A DNA stretch of 64,000 nucleotides, taken from NCBI GenBank assembly GCA_016186705.1, contig JACPLB010000006.1:16325-80324 (forward strand), written 5' to 3'. This stretch comes from Candidatus Kaiserbacteria bacterium (GTDB lineage Bacteria > Patescibacteriota > Minisyncoccia > Phycocordibacterales > JABMNX01). The notes under the pieces were generated by a model, which was not told the origin of the DNA, made no database searches, and saw only the letters and a list, made by a program, of their open reading frames with translations. Shown here piece after piece: positions 28,009 through 38,758 of this stretch; positions within the stretch are counted from its first letter, which is position 1; the number at the start of each line of letters is the position of its first letter. The position numbers were made by a program, and so were the translations under genes.

Positions 28009-29652
28009 ATGATTCGGGAGAACATAATTAATGCACTGCGGGAATCACTCGGCTTGCTCGGCATTGAGGGAGAAGATATAGAGCTTGAGCACCCGGCGGA
28101 TTCAAGCCACGGCGATTTTTCGTCAAATATCGCCTTGATTCTCGGAAAGAAACTCAAGAAAAATCCGAAAGACATTGCAAAAGAAATAATCGGAAATATC
28201 AAAAAAATTCCCGATGTTGAAAGAATCAATGCGGCGAGGCAGGGTTTCATTAATTTTTACCTGTCGGAGAGTTTTTTTGCCGATACTATAAAGGATATTT
28301 TAAAACAGAAAGAAAAATTTGGGGAAAATACTCTCTTAAAAAACAAGAAAGTCATTATTGAATACACAGACCCGAATCCATTCAAGGAATTTCACATCGG
28401 TCATTTGATGAGTAATACAATGGGAGAGTCAATCTCGCGGCTTCTTGAATATTCAAAAGCGAAAGTAAAACGGGCAAATTGGCAAGGGGACACTGGACTT
28501 CATGTGGCAAAAGTGCTTTGGGGAAAAATGAAGAACCCCGCAATGAATTGGGGAGACGCATATGTATATGGGGCGCAACACTACGAGAAAAATAAAAAGG
28601 AAATTAATGAGATTAATAAAAAGATATATGAAAAAAATGATTCTGAAATCAACGAATTATATAAAAATGGTAAAAAAGAATCTCTTGCGGAGTTTGAAAA
28701 AATGTACGAGCGCCTCGGAACGAAATTTAATTTCTATTTTTTTGAAAGCGAAGGCGGTTCTGTCGGCTTAGAAACTATTAGAAAACATAAAGACGTTTTT
28801 GAAGAAAGCGAAGGAGCAATTGTATTCCACGCAGAAAAGTTTGACCAGTCGCTTCATACTCGTGTTTTTGTCACGAAAGACAGCTTGCCGACGTACGAAG
28901 CGAAAGAACTCGGCTTGGCAAAGATGAAATATGACAAGTATCCTTACGACATTTCATTCGTCGTGACAGGAAATGAAGTGAAAGATTATTTCCGCGTTGT
29001 GCATAAGGCAATGGAGCACGTTTTTCCAGAACTTGCAGAAAAAACAAAGCATATTCCGCACGGAATGCTTCGTCTTCCGCGCGGAAAAATGTCATCGCGG
29101 ACCGGAGACGTTATTTCTGCGGAATCTTTACTCAATGACGTCAAAAGTCGTGTTCTCAAAAAAATGACATCAGATATGCCACATAAAGAAGAAATTGCCG
29201 ATGAGATTGCGGTAGGGGCGGTTAAATATTCAATACTCAAACAAACAATTGGCAACGACATTATTTTTGATTTTGAAAAGTCGCTTTCATTTGAAGGAGA
29301 TTCTGGTCCGTATCTACAGTACACTTACGCGCGAATTCTCTCTCTTCTTGAAAAAGGTATAAAAGAAGGAGTGAGGGAAAAGGTCGCTTCGGTTGAAGAA
29401 ATTACGAACGTGGACAGACTGCTCTATCGGTTTCCTGAAGTGGTAGAGCGTGCGACGAAAGAGTACGAGCCGCACTATGTGACGAACTATCTCACGGAAC
29501 TCGCGGGGGCGTTTAACAGTTGGTACGGACAAGGGAAAATTCTTGACAGCACTAAACATGCCGAACACAAGCTCGCGCTCGCCCGTGCGGTCTCAATAAC
29601 ACTTCAGAACGGCCTCTGGCTTCTCGGCATTAAAGCGCCGGAGCGGATGTGA
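28009..29652 (+). CDS. argS: Arginine--tRNA ligase
   Basis: HGDFSSN, DPNPFKEFHIGH, KMSSRTG, GPYLQYTYARI, APERM. Confidence 0.98.
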   Translation: MIRENIINALRESLGLLGIEGEDIELEHPADSSHGDFSSNIALILGKKLKKNPKDIAKEIIGNIKKIPDVERINAARQGFINFYLSESFFADTIKDILKQKEKFGENTLLKNKKVIIEYTDPNPFKEFHIGHLMSNTMGESISRLLEYSKAKVKRANWQGDTGLHVAKVLWGKMKNPAMNWGDAYVYGAQHYEKNKKEINEINKKIYEKNDSEINELYKNGKKESLAEFEKMYERLGTKFNFYFFESEGGSVGLETIRKHKDVFEESEGAIVFHAEKFDQSLHTRVFVTKDSLPTYEAKELGLAKMKYDKYPYDISFVVTGNEVKDYFRVVHKAMEHVFPELAEKTKHIPHGMLRLPRGKMSSRTGDVISAESLLNDVKSRVLKKMTSDMPHKEEIADEIAVGAVKYSILKQTIGNDIIFDFEKSLSFEGDSGPYLQYTYARILSLLEKGIKEGVREKVASVEEITNVDRLLYRFPEVVERATKEYEPHYVTNYLTELAGAFNSWYGQGKILDSTKHAEHKLALARAVSITLQNGLWLLGIKAPERM

Positions 29653-29720
29653 CCTTGTTAATCTCGAGCGGTTATGTATAATTTCAGGTCAGAACACATC
29701 GTTCTTGAAGAGGAGGACGC

Positions 29721-30068
29721 ATGTCCTTACGAGAATCATTACGTGAAAACGAAGATGCTCTGCGGACAATACATCTCAACAGGGTATACGCGAGCTCCCC
29801 ACTGAGTCATCTTCGTGAGGCGGAAGACGCTATCTGCGATAACATCGCTCACTCATTTCAGTGGGCTCAAAAAATCATGGAGTGGCGAAAGGGTGCGGGA
29901 CTCCGGTGTTTCCCTGTTCGACTCGACCCCATGTTCGCACCCATGTTCGCACGAGGAGAGGACCACGTGACTGTTAGGGAGAGACAATATTTCCCTGCTG
30001 CGTTTGAACTCGTACAGGGGCGCAGTTTGACTGGAGAAGTCCTGCTTGTCTTTAAGAGCGGTGGATAA
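29721..30068 (+). CDS. Hypothetical protein (stand-alone ORFan)
   Basis: Strong SD GAGGAGG, upstream TATAAT, downstream hairpin at ~30092-30108. Confidence 0.55.
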   Translation: MSLRESLRENEDALRTIHLNRVYASSPLSHLREAEDAICDNIAHSFQWAQKIMEWRKGAGLRCFPVRLDPMFAPMFARGEDHVTVRERQYFPAAFELVQGRSLTGEVLLVFKSGG

Positions 30069-30178
30069 CCACCTCTCCTCCTCCGTACCTCGGCCGCCTA
30101 CGGCGGCCATTTCTTTTACGCAACTCTCCAATCTGCTACTATTGGTAGATATTTAGCTATGGCAAAGGGTTTTCCCCT

Positions 30179-33100
30179 ATGGATATGAATGACAAGAAAA
30201 GCGATATTGCGAAACGGGAAGAGAAAATTCTTACATTTTGGAATGATAATAAAATCTTTAAAAAATCCGAAGAGAAAGACGCGCCACGGGGAGAATACAT
30301 TTTCTACGATGGACCGCCGTTCGCCACGGGACTTCCGCATTACGGGCACATTCTCGCAGGTACAATAAAAGACGTTATTCCGCGTTACAAAACAATGTGC
30401 GGCTTCCGTGTGAAGCGGCGATGGGGCTGGGATTGCCATGGTCTTCCGCTTGAAAATGAAATAGAGGCGGAACTCGGACTTAAGACGAAGCGGGATATTG
30501 AGAAACTCGGCGTCGGTACTTTCAACGCGGCAGCGCATGGCGCGGTACTCCGTTTTGCCGATGATTGGAGAAAAATTATACCTCGCTTGGGAAGGTGGGT
30601 GAATATGGAGAGCGATTACCGGACAATGGACGCGACGTACACCGAGTCGGTATGGTGGGCGTTTGGCGAACTCTACAAAAAGAAGCTCATCTACAAGGGA
30701 TTCAAATCAATGCATCTCTGCCCGCGATGCGGCACGACGCTCTCAAATTTTGAAGTGAATCAAGGATACAAAGACACTACCGACATATCGGCATATGTAA
30801 AATTTCCTCTTAAAGATAGGCCGGACGCCTTCCTTCTCGTCTGGACAACGACGCCGTGGACGCTTCCCGGGAACATGGCGGTTGCGGTCAATAAAGATAT
30901 CACATACGCAAAAATTCAAATAGGGAGAGACATTTTGATACTTGCAAAGAATCGTCTCTCGATTCTTGGCGGGGGGTATAAAATAATAGAAGAATTCAAG
31001 GGAGAGAAACTTGTTGGCACGTCATATACGCCACCGTTTGATTACTATACAAGCGCAGACATTAAAGAAGAAGAAAATGCGTGGAAAATTTATCACGGAG
31101 ACTTTGTATCAACCGAAGAGGGAACAGGTATCGTACATATCGCTCCTGCGTTCGGAGAGGATGACCTCGCTCTGGCGCAGAAAAATGATGTTCCAATCGT
31201 ACACCATGTAACGACCGAGGGCGTTTTTGCCGACACGGTTACAGATTTTGCCGGACGTCCTGTGAAACCGAAAGAAAACCCTCAAGAAGCCGATATTGAA
31301 ATCATCAAGTATCTTGCACACAAAAATCTTTTATTCAAAAAAGAAAAAATCACGCACCCGTATCCGTTCTGCTGGAGGTGCGATACGCCGCTTCTCAACT
31401 ACGCATCATTATCGTGGTTTGTCAGAGTGATCAATTTCAAAGAAAAATTGGTTCGACAGAACAAGCGTATCGGATGGGTGCCAAAAGCGGTTGGTGAAAA
31501 CAGATTCGGCGACTGGCTTCTCCATGCACGCGACTGGGCGATTTCACGGACGCGCTTCTGGGGAGCTCCTTTACCCGTATGGGTAAATGGAAAGACCGGA
31601 AAGCATGTCATTATTGACTCCGTTGATGAACTGAAAAAATATATAAAGAGGTCCGGTAACCGTTACTCTGTCGCACGACATGGAGAAAGCGAAAAAAATG
31701 TATCACCCGTGATCGTTACGGATAATCCAGATGCGCCGTACCATATTACGGAAAAAGGGAAGCTTGAAATCCGAGATGCCCTAAAGCAGTTTAATGGTGA
31801 AAACTTTGACCTCATAATCACATCTCCTGTTCTACGAGCACGAGAGACCGCCGAATTTGTTGCCGAACATCTCGGATTTAATAAGAAAGATATCATTGTT
31901 GACGAACGTATTCGTGAACTTGAGCATGGCACTTGGGAAGGGAGACCACTTGCAGAATTTGAGAATACGTTTCCCACAGACCCGTCTCGTTTTGAGAGTG
32001 GTCCTGAAGGCGGTGAGACATGGACAGACGTACGAAACCGTATGGGGGAATTCTTGTATGAACTTGAACGCATACACAAAGGAAAGCGCATACTCATTGT
32101 CTCGCATGGCGACCCTCTCGCGCTCATGAATGCTTTAGCGAAGGGGCTCTCAAAAAAAGAAACAGTCAGGTTGTGGAATGAAGTTTACCCACGTAAGGGT
32201 GAGATTCATGAACTTGATTTTACTCCCCTCCCGCACAATGAGAACTACGAGCTTGACCTCCATCGACCGTACATTGATGACATTAAGCTTGTTGATACTC
32301 ACGGAGAGAAACTCTCGCGTGTTCCTGATGTCTTTGACTGCTGGTTTGAATCCGGCTCAATGCCCTACGCACAACATCATTATCCGTTTGAAAATACGAA
32401 CATCTTTAATCCGAAGAAAAGGTTCTTTAGAAGAAGGAAAGGATATCCGGCAGATTTCATCGCTGAAGGAATGGACCAAACACGCGGATGGTTTTACTCG
32501 CTCCTCGTACTCGGTGTGGGACTCTTCGGTCTCTCTCCGTACCGCCATGTGATTGTGAACGGCCTCGTGCTCTCGGAAGACGGAAAGAAAATGAGCAAGC
32601 GTCTGAAAAATTACCCCGACCCGATGGCTGTTGTTGATACATACGGAGCGGACGCACTGCGCTACTACCTCCTGTCTTCTCCAGTAGTGCGAGGAGAAGA
32701 TTTACGTTTCTCCGAGAAAGGGGTTGACGAGGTAATGAAAAAGATTCTTGTTCGACTCTCGAACGTCCATTCGTTTTACGCGCTCTACGCGGTAAAAGAA
32801 AAAATATCGTATGAAAAGAGCAACAATGTCCTTGATAAATGGATACTTGCCCGTACGCAATCGCTTATAAACGATGTCACAGACGCCATGGAGCGCTATG
32901 AGCTTGACCAGGCAACACGCCCGCTCTCGCTGTTTGTGGATGACTTTTCTACATGGTATATACGGCGTTCTCGGGAGCGTTTTAAAGCGGAAAGAAAGAA
33001 TGAAACACTCCACACCACTCGCTTTGTCCTCCTTACCTTGAGCAAAGTCATGGCGCCGTTCATACCGTTTTACGCAGAATCTCTATATCAGGCAGTCAAA

Positions 33101-33649
33101 GACGAGACTCTTCCGGAGAGCGTTCATTTATGCGATTGGCCTTCCGCGGGGAAAGTGGATGAACGCATACTATCAGATATGAAGTTAACACGAGAGGTCG
33201 TTTCATTCGCGCTTGAAGCGCGGGCGCAGGCGGGAATCAAAGTTCGGCAACCTCTATCTACGCTTACGGTCAAAAATAATAGATTAAAGGGGAACGGACA
33301 ACTGATTGCGCTGATAAAAGATGAAGTAAACGTAAAGAACGTTGAATTTTCAGATATACAAGAAGGAAAAGTAACGCTCGACACGCATATCACAGAGGAG
33401 CTCAAAAATGAGGGGCTGATGCGCGACATCGTGAGGCAGATTCAGCAATTCCGCAAAGACAGCGGAGTTATTCCGCATAAGCACATTAGGCTCTCGGTTA
33501 TCGCGGATGAAATGTCTCGGAAAATCATCATGTTATTTGAAGATGAGATAAAAAGGGCAACGCTTCTTTCGCAGATTTCTTTTGAAAAGACGACTGACGG
33601 AGGCGTGATTAATAATAGTCGGCAGTTAACATTCTCACTTAAAGAGTAA
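30179..33649 (+). CDS. ileS: Isoleucine--tRNA ligase (type 2) with an inserted histidine-phosphatase domain
   Basis: DGPPFATGLPHYGH, WTTTPWTLP, GTGIVHIAP, DQTRGWFY, KMSKR; insert RHGES...SP..RA.ETA...GGET...LIVSHG. Confidence 0.97.
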   Translation: MDMNDKKSDIAKREEKILTFWNDNKIFKKSEEKDAPRGEYIFYDGPPFATGLPHYGHILAGTIKDVIPRYKTMCGFRVKRRWGWDCHGLPLENEIEAELGLKTKRDIEKLGVGTFNAAAHGAVLRFADDWRKIIPRLGRWVNMESDYRTMDATYTESVWWAFGELYKKKLIYKGFKSMHLCPRCGTTLSNFEVNQGYKDTTDISAYVKFPLKDRPDAFLLVWTTTPWTLPGNMAVAVNKDITYAKIQIGRDILILAKNRLSILGGGYKIIEEFKGEKLVGTSYTPPFDYYTSADIKEEENAWKIYHGDFVSTEEGTGIVHIAPAFGEDDLALAQKNDVPIVHHVTTEGVFADTVTDFAGRPVKPKENPQEADIEIIKYLAHKNLLFKKEKITHPYPFCWRCDTPLLNYASLSWFVRVINFKEKLVRQNKRIGWVPKAVGENRFGDWLLHARDWAISRTRFWGAPLPVWVNGKTGKHVIIDSVDELKKYIKRSGNRYSVARHGESEKNVSPVIVTDNPDAPYHITEKGKLEIRDALKQFNGENFDLIITSPVLRARETAEFVAEHLGFNKKDIIVDERIRELEHGTWEGRPLAEFENTFPTDPSRFESGPEGGETWTDVRNRMGEFLYELERIHKGKRILIVSHGDPLALMNALAKGLSKKETVRLWNEVYPRKGEIHELDFTPLPHNENYELDLHRPYIDDIKLVDTHGEKLSRVPDVFDCWFESGSMPYAQHHYPFENTNIFNPKKRFFRRRKGYPADFIAEGMDQTRGWFYSLLVLGVGLFGLSPYRHVIVNGLVLSEDGKKMSKRLKNYPDPMAVVDTYGADALRYYLLSSPVVRGEDLRFSEKGVDEVMKKILVRLSNVHSFYALYAVKEKISYEKSNNVLDKWILARTQSLINDVTDAMERYELDQATRPLSLFVDDFSTWYIRRSRERFKAERKNETLHTTRFVLLTLSKVMAPFIPFYAESLYQAVKDETLPESVHLCDWPSAGKVDERILSDMKLTREVVSFALEARAQAGIKVRQPLSTLTVKNNRLKGNGQLIALIKDEVNVKNVEFSDIQEGKVTLDTHITEELKNEGLMRDIVRQIQQFRKDSGVIPHKHIRLSVIADEMSRKIIMLFEDEIKRATLLSQISFEKTTDGGVINNSRQLTFSLKE

Positions 33650-33652
33650 AAC

Positions 33653-34246
33653 ATGTCGCATCACCAATATCACACCGAAGCATTCGTACTCGGAAGCATG
33701 CCGGCGGGGGAGTCAAACAAATACATTGATATGTTCACCGCGGACCTCGGGCGAGTGCGCGCGTTCGCGAGGAGCGTGCGGGAAATGCGTTCGAAACTCC
33801 GCTTTTCCTTACAGCATTTCTCACTTTCGGAAGTTTCTTTGGTACGGGGGAAAGAGGTGTGGCGGGTTGTCGGCGCGCAATTAAAGCACAGCCTGCATTA
33901 CGATATCCCGAATCGACACGGAGAACGCGACATGATGCTCCGGCTCTTCTCTCTCTTAAGACGTTTACTGAACGGCGAGGAAGAAAACAAGTCGCTTTTC
34001 AGGACAATTTCCGATGCCCTCTCATTTCTCCGCGAGAACGTGTTGAGTGCGGATGAGGTACATAATTTTGAATGTCTCATAGCGCTTCGCATACTTTACA
34101 ATCTCGGCTATCTCGCGAAAGATACCGAAAACACTCGCTTTCTCGATACGTTCGATGTCAATAAAGAGTTAATTTCACTCCTTTCTCCCATGCGTTACGA
34201 TATAGTCAAACAAATCAACTTGTCGCTTCAGGAAAGCCAGCTGTAG
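33653..34246 (+). CDS. recO: DNA repair protein RecO
   Basis: TEAFVL...GESNK....FT.DLG.V.A.A.SVR...SKL OB fold; LYNLGY. Confidence 0.85.
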   Translation: MSHHQYHTEAFVLGSMPAGESNKYIDMFTADLGRVRAFARSVREMRSKLRFSLQHFSLSEVSLVRGKEVWRVVGAQLKHSLHYDIPNRHGERDMMLRLFSLLRRLLNGEEENKSLFRTISDALSFLRENVLSADEVHNFECLIALRILYNLGYLAKDTENTRFLDTFDVNKELISLLSPMRYDIVKQINLSLQESQL

Positions 34247-34396
34247 CGAAGATTGAAATACTTTTAATGATATACTTGAGAGATACTACCTCGTTCAGCA
34301 TGAGTATAATAAAAAATCGAAAGCGTAGCAGGGGTCGAATGCATTTATGAGAATACGCGCAAAAAAGAAGCCTGCACGCTTCTTGTTGTAAGCAAG

Positions 34397-36298
34397 ATGG
34401 ATGAATACGATAGAATTGAAAATCTCCGCAGGCGTCTCTATTCAAGAAAAAATGCCGTTCCAAAAGACCACCGTCACGGCTTGTCCGGCGAGGGTTCAAC
34501 TTCTATTGAGCGCGTATGGGCAGAACCCCATACAAAAAAGGTAATGCCGCAAAGAGAAAAAAAATCTTTCCTTAAAATATTCTTTATTTTTTCCATTCTG
34601 TTTTTTCTCGGCTCGGCGCTTTTTGGAGGATTTTATTTTTTTGGCGGGAAGAACATTGTTTCTTCCGAGAACGTGGACATTCAAATTCAAGGTCCGACGG
34701 CAATTGGCGGCGGAGATGAGCTTGAACTTCAAATTTCTATCGTAAATAAGAACACGACAACGCTTGAACTCACCGACTTGCTAGTCGAGTATCCGGAAGG
34801 CACACGCGCGCCCGGGAACTTGCAGAGCGAATTTCTCCGATATCGCGAGTCGCTCGGGAACATCGCGCCGGGGGAGCGAGTAAAGAAAAACGTTCGTTCC
34901 ATACTTTTTGGAGAAGAAAATACGCAAAAAGAAATCATCGTTACCGTCGAATACCGGGTTGCCGGTTCAAACGCCATTTTCTACAGCGAAAAACCATATC
35001 TCATCACGCTCTCGTCTGCACCGGTAAGCGTGTCCGTGCGCTCGCTCAATGAAGTAATTTCGGGGCAGGAAATCGACTTCTCCGTCGTCATCAGCTCCAA
35101 CTCAACTGGCAGGGTTGAAAATCTGGTACTCCAGGCGGAGTACCCGTTTGGATTTACCTTTAAGGAAGCCCAGCCGCAGGCACAGTACTCAAATTCCGTG
35201 TGGGAACTCGGTACGGTTGCTCCCGAAGAAAAGAGAACAATTCGTATCGTCGGCGTCATGACCGGACAAGATAACGAAGAGAGAATCTTTCGATTTGCCG
35301 TCGGCGTCCGTGATGAACGTGACGTGAAAAAGCTCGCCACGTCGTTTGTGACGACAACACGGTCCATCACTATCGAGCGTCCGTTCATAAGCACGGAACT
35401 CGCGCTTAATAACAGTATTGACACGTCATATGTGTTTGGAAACGAAGAGAGTATTCAAGGAGAGATTGCCTGGAAAAATAATCTCCCAAACGCCGTCTCA
35501 AACGTCCAAATAGAAGTAAAGCTTTCCGGAAACGCGATTGATAAATCGTCAATTACGGCTGAAAGAGGTTTCTACAATTCCGTGACAGACACTATCAGGT
35601 GGAGCAGGGATACGCTTGAAAATTTCGAGTCCGTTGAGCCGTCGCAGGCAGGTCTTCTCCGCTTTGACTTCAAAAGCAGAGATATCTCGGCATCCTCTAT
35701 CGCAAATCCGAACATTACGCTTGAAATCACCGTCAGGGGGAATCGCACGGGTGAAGGCAATGTCTCTGAAACAATCGAATCCGATGTAACCCGTGCAGTG
35801 AAGATTGCCTCTGACTTAAGACTCACACCGCGGATACTCCATAATTCCGGACCTCTTCAAAACACTGGAACAGTTCCTCCACAGGTAGAGAAAGAGACGA
35901 CGTACACGGTAGTATGGACTGCCACAAACAGCGCGAATCATATTTCGAGCGCGCGTGTCACCGCCGTACTTCCGTCATACGTTCGGTGGATGGGGAGCAT
36001 CAGTCCGCAGAACGGCTCCGTTAGCTTTAACGAAACCAGCAGGCAAGTAGCATGGAATATCGGAGAACTTTCGCAATCATCCGGCAGTAACGTTACGCTT
36101 AAGGAGGTTGCTTTCCAGCTTGGGTTTACTCCGAGTTTGAGCCAAGTTGGGGAAATTCCGACCCTCATGCATACTCAAGTCATCACGGGGTACGATCAGT
36201 TCGTCGAGAGGCAGATAACGCGGGATGTCGCGAATATCACGACGCTCATTCAGTCGGAGAGCGGACTTCCGAGTGGTCATGACCGAGTAGTACCATAA
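34397..36298 (+). CDS. Conserved CPR single-TM protein with tandem Ig-like (DUF11-like) domains
   Basis: TM at ~aa 60-83 followed by repeated beta units ending W.LG.(V/L). Confidence 0.75.
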   Translation: MDEYDRIENLRRRLYSRKNAVPKDHRHGLSGEGSTSIERVWAEPHTKKVMPQREKKSFLKIFFIFSILFFLGSALFGGFYFFGGKNIVSSENVDIQIQGPTAIGGGDELELQISIVNKNTTTLELTDLLVEYPEGTRAPGNLQSEFLRYRESLGNIAPGERVKKNVRSILFGEENTQKEIIVTVEYRVAGSNAIFYSEKPYLITLSSAPVSVSVRSLNEVISGQEIDFSVVISSNSTGRVENLVLQAEYPFGFTFKEAQPQAQYSNSVWELGTVAPEEKRTIRIVGVMTGQDNEERIFRFAVGVRDERDVKKLATSFVTTTRSITIERPFISTELALNNSIDTSYVFGNEESIQGEIAWKNNLPNAVSNVQIEVKLSGNAIDKSSITAERGFYNSVTDTIRWSRDTLENFESVEPSQAGLLRFDFKSRDISASSIANPNITLEITVRGNRTGEGNVSETIESDVTRAVKIASDLRLTPRILHNSGPLQNTGTVPPQVEKETTYTVVWTATNSANHISSARVTAVLPSYVRWMGSISPQNGSVSFNETSRQVAWNIGELSQSSGSNVTLKEVAFQLGFTPSLSQVGEIPTLMHTQVITGYDQFVERQITRDVANITTLIQSESGLPSGHDRVVP

Positions 36299-36304
36299 CC
36301 AATC

Positions 36305-37627
36305 ATGGCAACAGAAAAAGAACGGCTCATGGAAAATATCGTATCGCTCGCAAAGCGGCGCGGTTTTGTGTTTCAAGGGTCTGAAATCTACGGAGGCATT
36401 GCTGGCATGTGGGACTATGGGCCTTTGGGGGTGGAACTTGCGCATAACATCAAGGATATCTGGTGGCGCATGTTCGTCTATAACCGGGAGGACATGTATG
36501 GTATTGATGCGTCTATTTTAATGAATCCGAGAGTCTGGGAAACAAGCGGGCACACAAAAACTTTTTCAGACCCCGTAATCAAATGTGTGAAATGTAAAAA
36601 ACAATTTCGTGCTGACCAATTAGATAACAAAAACGCTTGTCCTGCGTGCGGAGGCAAACTTAGTAAGAGTCAGCCGTTTAATTTGATGTTCAAAACCTAT
36701 ATTGGCGCAACCGAAGATAGTGATTCAATCTCCTACCTTCGTCCGGAAACGGCGGGCGGCATTTTTGTGAATTTTAAAAATGTTGTCGACTCCATGCATC
36801 CGAAACTGCCGTTCGGTATCGCGCAAATCGGCAAGGCGTTCCGGAATGAGATTGCTCCGCGAGATTTTCTCTTCCGTCTTCGGGAATTAAAACAAATGGA
36901 AATTGAATACTTCGTCCGTGCGGAAGAGTGGGAACGCGCCTTTGAAGAATGGCGGCTCGCTATGCTCGCATTTGCCAAAGAAGTGGGCATTCCAAAAAAG
37001 GTGATTCATGAGCTCGAAGTGCCGGAGAGTGAACGCGCGCACTATTCAAAACGCACCATTGATTTTGAGTTTGATTATCCATTTGGGAAAAAGGAACTGT
37101 GGGGCTTGGCGTATCGCACCGACTATGACCTTTCACGTCATGCGGAGGCGTCCGGCGCCGATTTGACATACTTCGACGAAGAAGAAAACAAGCGATTCAT
37201 CCCGCATGTGATAGAACCATCGTTTGGAGTGGACCGAACGTTTCTTGCCGTTCTTCTCTCTGCGTATCGCGTGGACGAGATAAAAGGGGAGAAGCGCGTT
37301 TTTCTTGCGTTTAAGCCCGCCGTTGCTCCAATTAAAGTTGCGGTTTTTCCTCTTCTTAAAAACAAGCCAGAATTGGTTACAAAAGCGCGAAATATATACC
37401 AAATGCTTAAAAAACACATTCCGCAGATTGATTTCGATGATAATGGCAATATCGGCAAGCGATATCGCCGGCAAGACGAGATCGGCACGCCATACTGCGT
37501 GACAATTGACTTTGATACGCTTGAAGATAACACAGTCACTCTGCGCGACCGCGACACGACCGAGCAAGAGCGAGTCAACGAAAAAAATCTTCTTGAAATA
37601 CTTAAGAAAAAACTCGTAAGCTTTTAA
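36305..37627 (+). CDS. glyQS: Glycine--tRNA ligase, alpha2 type
   Basis: KRRGF, YDYGPLG-like, YLRPETA, GKAFRNEI.PR, IEPSFG.DR, IGKRYRRQDEIGTP. Confidence 0.97.
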   Translation: MATEKERLMENIVSLAKRRGFVFQGSEIYGGIAGMWDYGPLGVELAHNIKDIWWRMFVYNREDMYGIDASILMNPRVWETSGHTKTFSDPVIKCVKCKKQFRADQLDNKNACPACGGKLSKSQPFNLMFKTYIGATEDSDSISYLRPETAGGIFVNFKNVVDSMHPKLPFGIAQIGKAFRNEIAPRDFLFRLRELKQMEIEYFVRAEEWERAFEEWRLAMLAFAKEVGIPKKVIHELEVPESERAHYSKRTIDFEFDYPFGKKELWGLAYRTDYDLSRHAEASGADLTYFDEEENKRFIPHVIEPSFGVDRTFLAVLLSAYRVDEIKGEKRVFLAFKPAVAPIKVAVFPLLKNKPELVTKARNIYQMLKKHIPQIDFDDNGNIGKRYRRQDEIGTPYCVTIDFDTLEDNTVTLRDRDTTEQERVNEKNLLEILKKKLVSF

Positions 37628-37675
37628 CTTTTCACTTTCTTTCCACTTTCCACTTTCCACTTTATACTTACGCAT

Positions 37676-38749
37676 ATGCTTAACGACTCCCGTCAGTTAG
37701 TTGTGAACATCACGACCGGCACGATTATCCGGTCGGTACTCCTTGTGCTTCTTGTTGCCGCTCTTTTTTACCTCAAAGAGCTCGTACTCGTTGTCTTGAC
37801 TGCTGTTGTCATTGCGTCGGCGATTGAGCCCGCCACAAAATGGTTCGTAAAATACAAATTCCCCCGCGTTATCGCGGTCCTCGTCGTCTATCTTGTGTTT
37901 TTCGGTCTTATCATAGGGCTCTTCTATTTCTTCCTTCCGCCGGTTCTTAATGAGGCGATAAACTTTCTAGCCGTTCTACCCGAGTATTTGGAGCGTTTCG
38001 ATTCGGCGAGTCCGATTCAGCAATCTGCCTTGCTCGGAGCGCAGAGCGTCGTTGATAATTTTTCCATCACGCAGATTGTCAGCGAACTGCGGACAATATT
38101 CTCCAATGTCTCCGGAAGTTTTCTCACGACCATCACAGCTATTTTCGGCGGCGTCTTGAGCTTTGTGCTTATCATCGTTTTCTCGTTTTATTTCGCGGTG
38201 CAGGAAACGGGCATTGACGATTTCCTGCGCGTTATTACGCCGGTAGAGTATCAGAAGAACGTCATCAGTCTCTGGAAACGCTCCCAGTTTAAAATCGGCT
38301 TGTGGATGCAGGGACAGCTTATTCTTGCGGTCATTGTGGGGATGCTCGTCTATCTCGGACTCACCATTCTCGGGGTTAAATACGCCCTCCTCCTTGCCGT
38401 GGTTGCCGCTTTGTTTGAAGTCATACCGGTGTTCGGGCCGATACTCTCGGCGATTCCCGCGACCATTATCGGGTTTGTTGACGGGGGAGTCACGATAGGA
38501 CTTTTGGTCATCGGCCTCTACGTCATTATCCAGCAGTTTGAAAATCATCTCATCTACCCCTTGGTCGTGACCAAAGTCGTCGGTGTGCCGCCGCTTCTCG
38601 TCATTCTCGCACTCATTGTCGGCGCTCAACTTGCCGGTTTTCTGGGGATTATTCTCTCGGTGCCGGTTGCCGCCGTCATTCAGGAGCTCGTGAGCGACTT
38701 GGAGAAGAAGAAAGCGCGTGCGCTTGAAAAAGAAGGTGCCGGAGCGTAG
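37676..38749 (+). CDS. AI-2E family transporter
   Basis: W..GQ, E.IPVFGP, QQFENH...P, G.ILSVP. Confidence 0.93.
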   Translation: MLNDSRQLVVNITTGTIIRSVLLVLLVAALFYLKELVLVVLTAVVIASAIEPATKWFVKYKFPRVIAVLVVYLVFFGLIIGLFYFFLPPVLNEAINFLAVLPEYLERFDSASPIQQSALLGAQSVVDNFSITQIVSELRTIFSNVSGSFLTTITAIFGGVLSFVLIIVFSFYFAVQETGIDDFLRVITPVEYQKNVISLWKRSQFKIGLWMQGQLILAVIVGMLVYLGLTILGVKYALLLAVVAALFEVIPVFGPILSAIPATIIGFVDGGVTIGLLVIGLYVIIQQFENHLIYPLVVTKVVGVPPLLVILALIVGAQLAGFLGIILSVPVAAVIQELVSDLEKKKARALEKEGAGA

Positions 38750-38758
38750 CATTGTGAA

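Noticed and set aside
37628-37663. Short tandem TTTCCAC repeats after glyQS (and similar CTAAA-type repeats at ~62065-62100)
   Set aside because: Three to four heptamer units in a spacer; simple low-complexity repeats with no evidence of function.
37976-38752. Long antisense ORFs (e.g. 258 aa opposite the AI-2E gene, 207 aa opposite recA, 187 aa opposite folD)
   Set aside because: They are shadow frames of well-conserved genes, with no motifs or independent expression signals.
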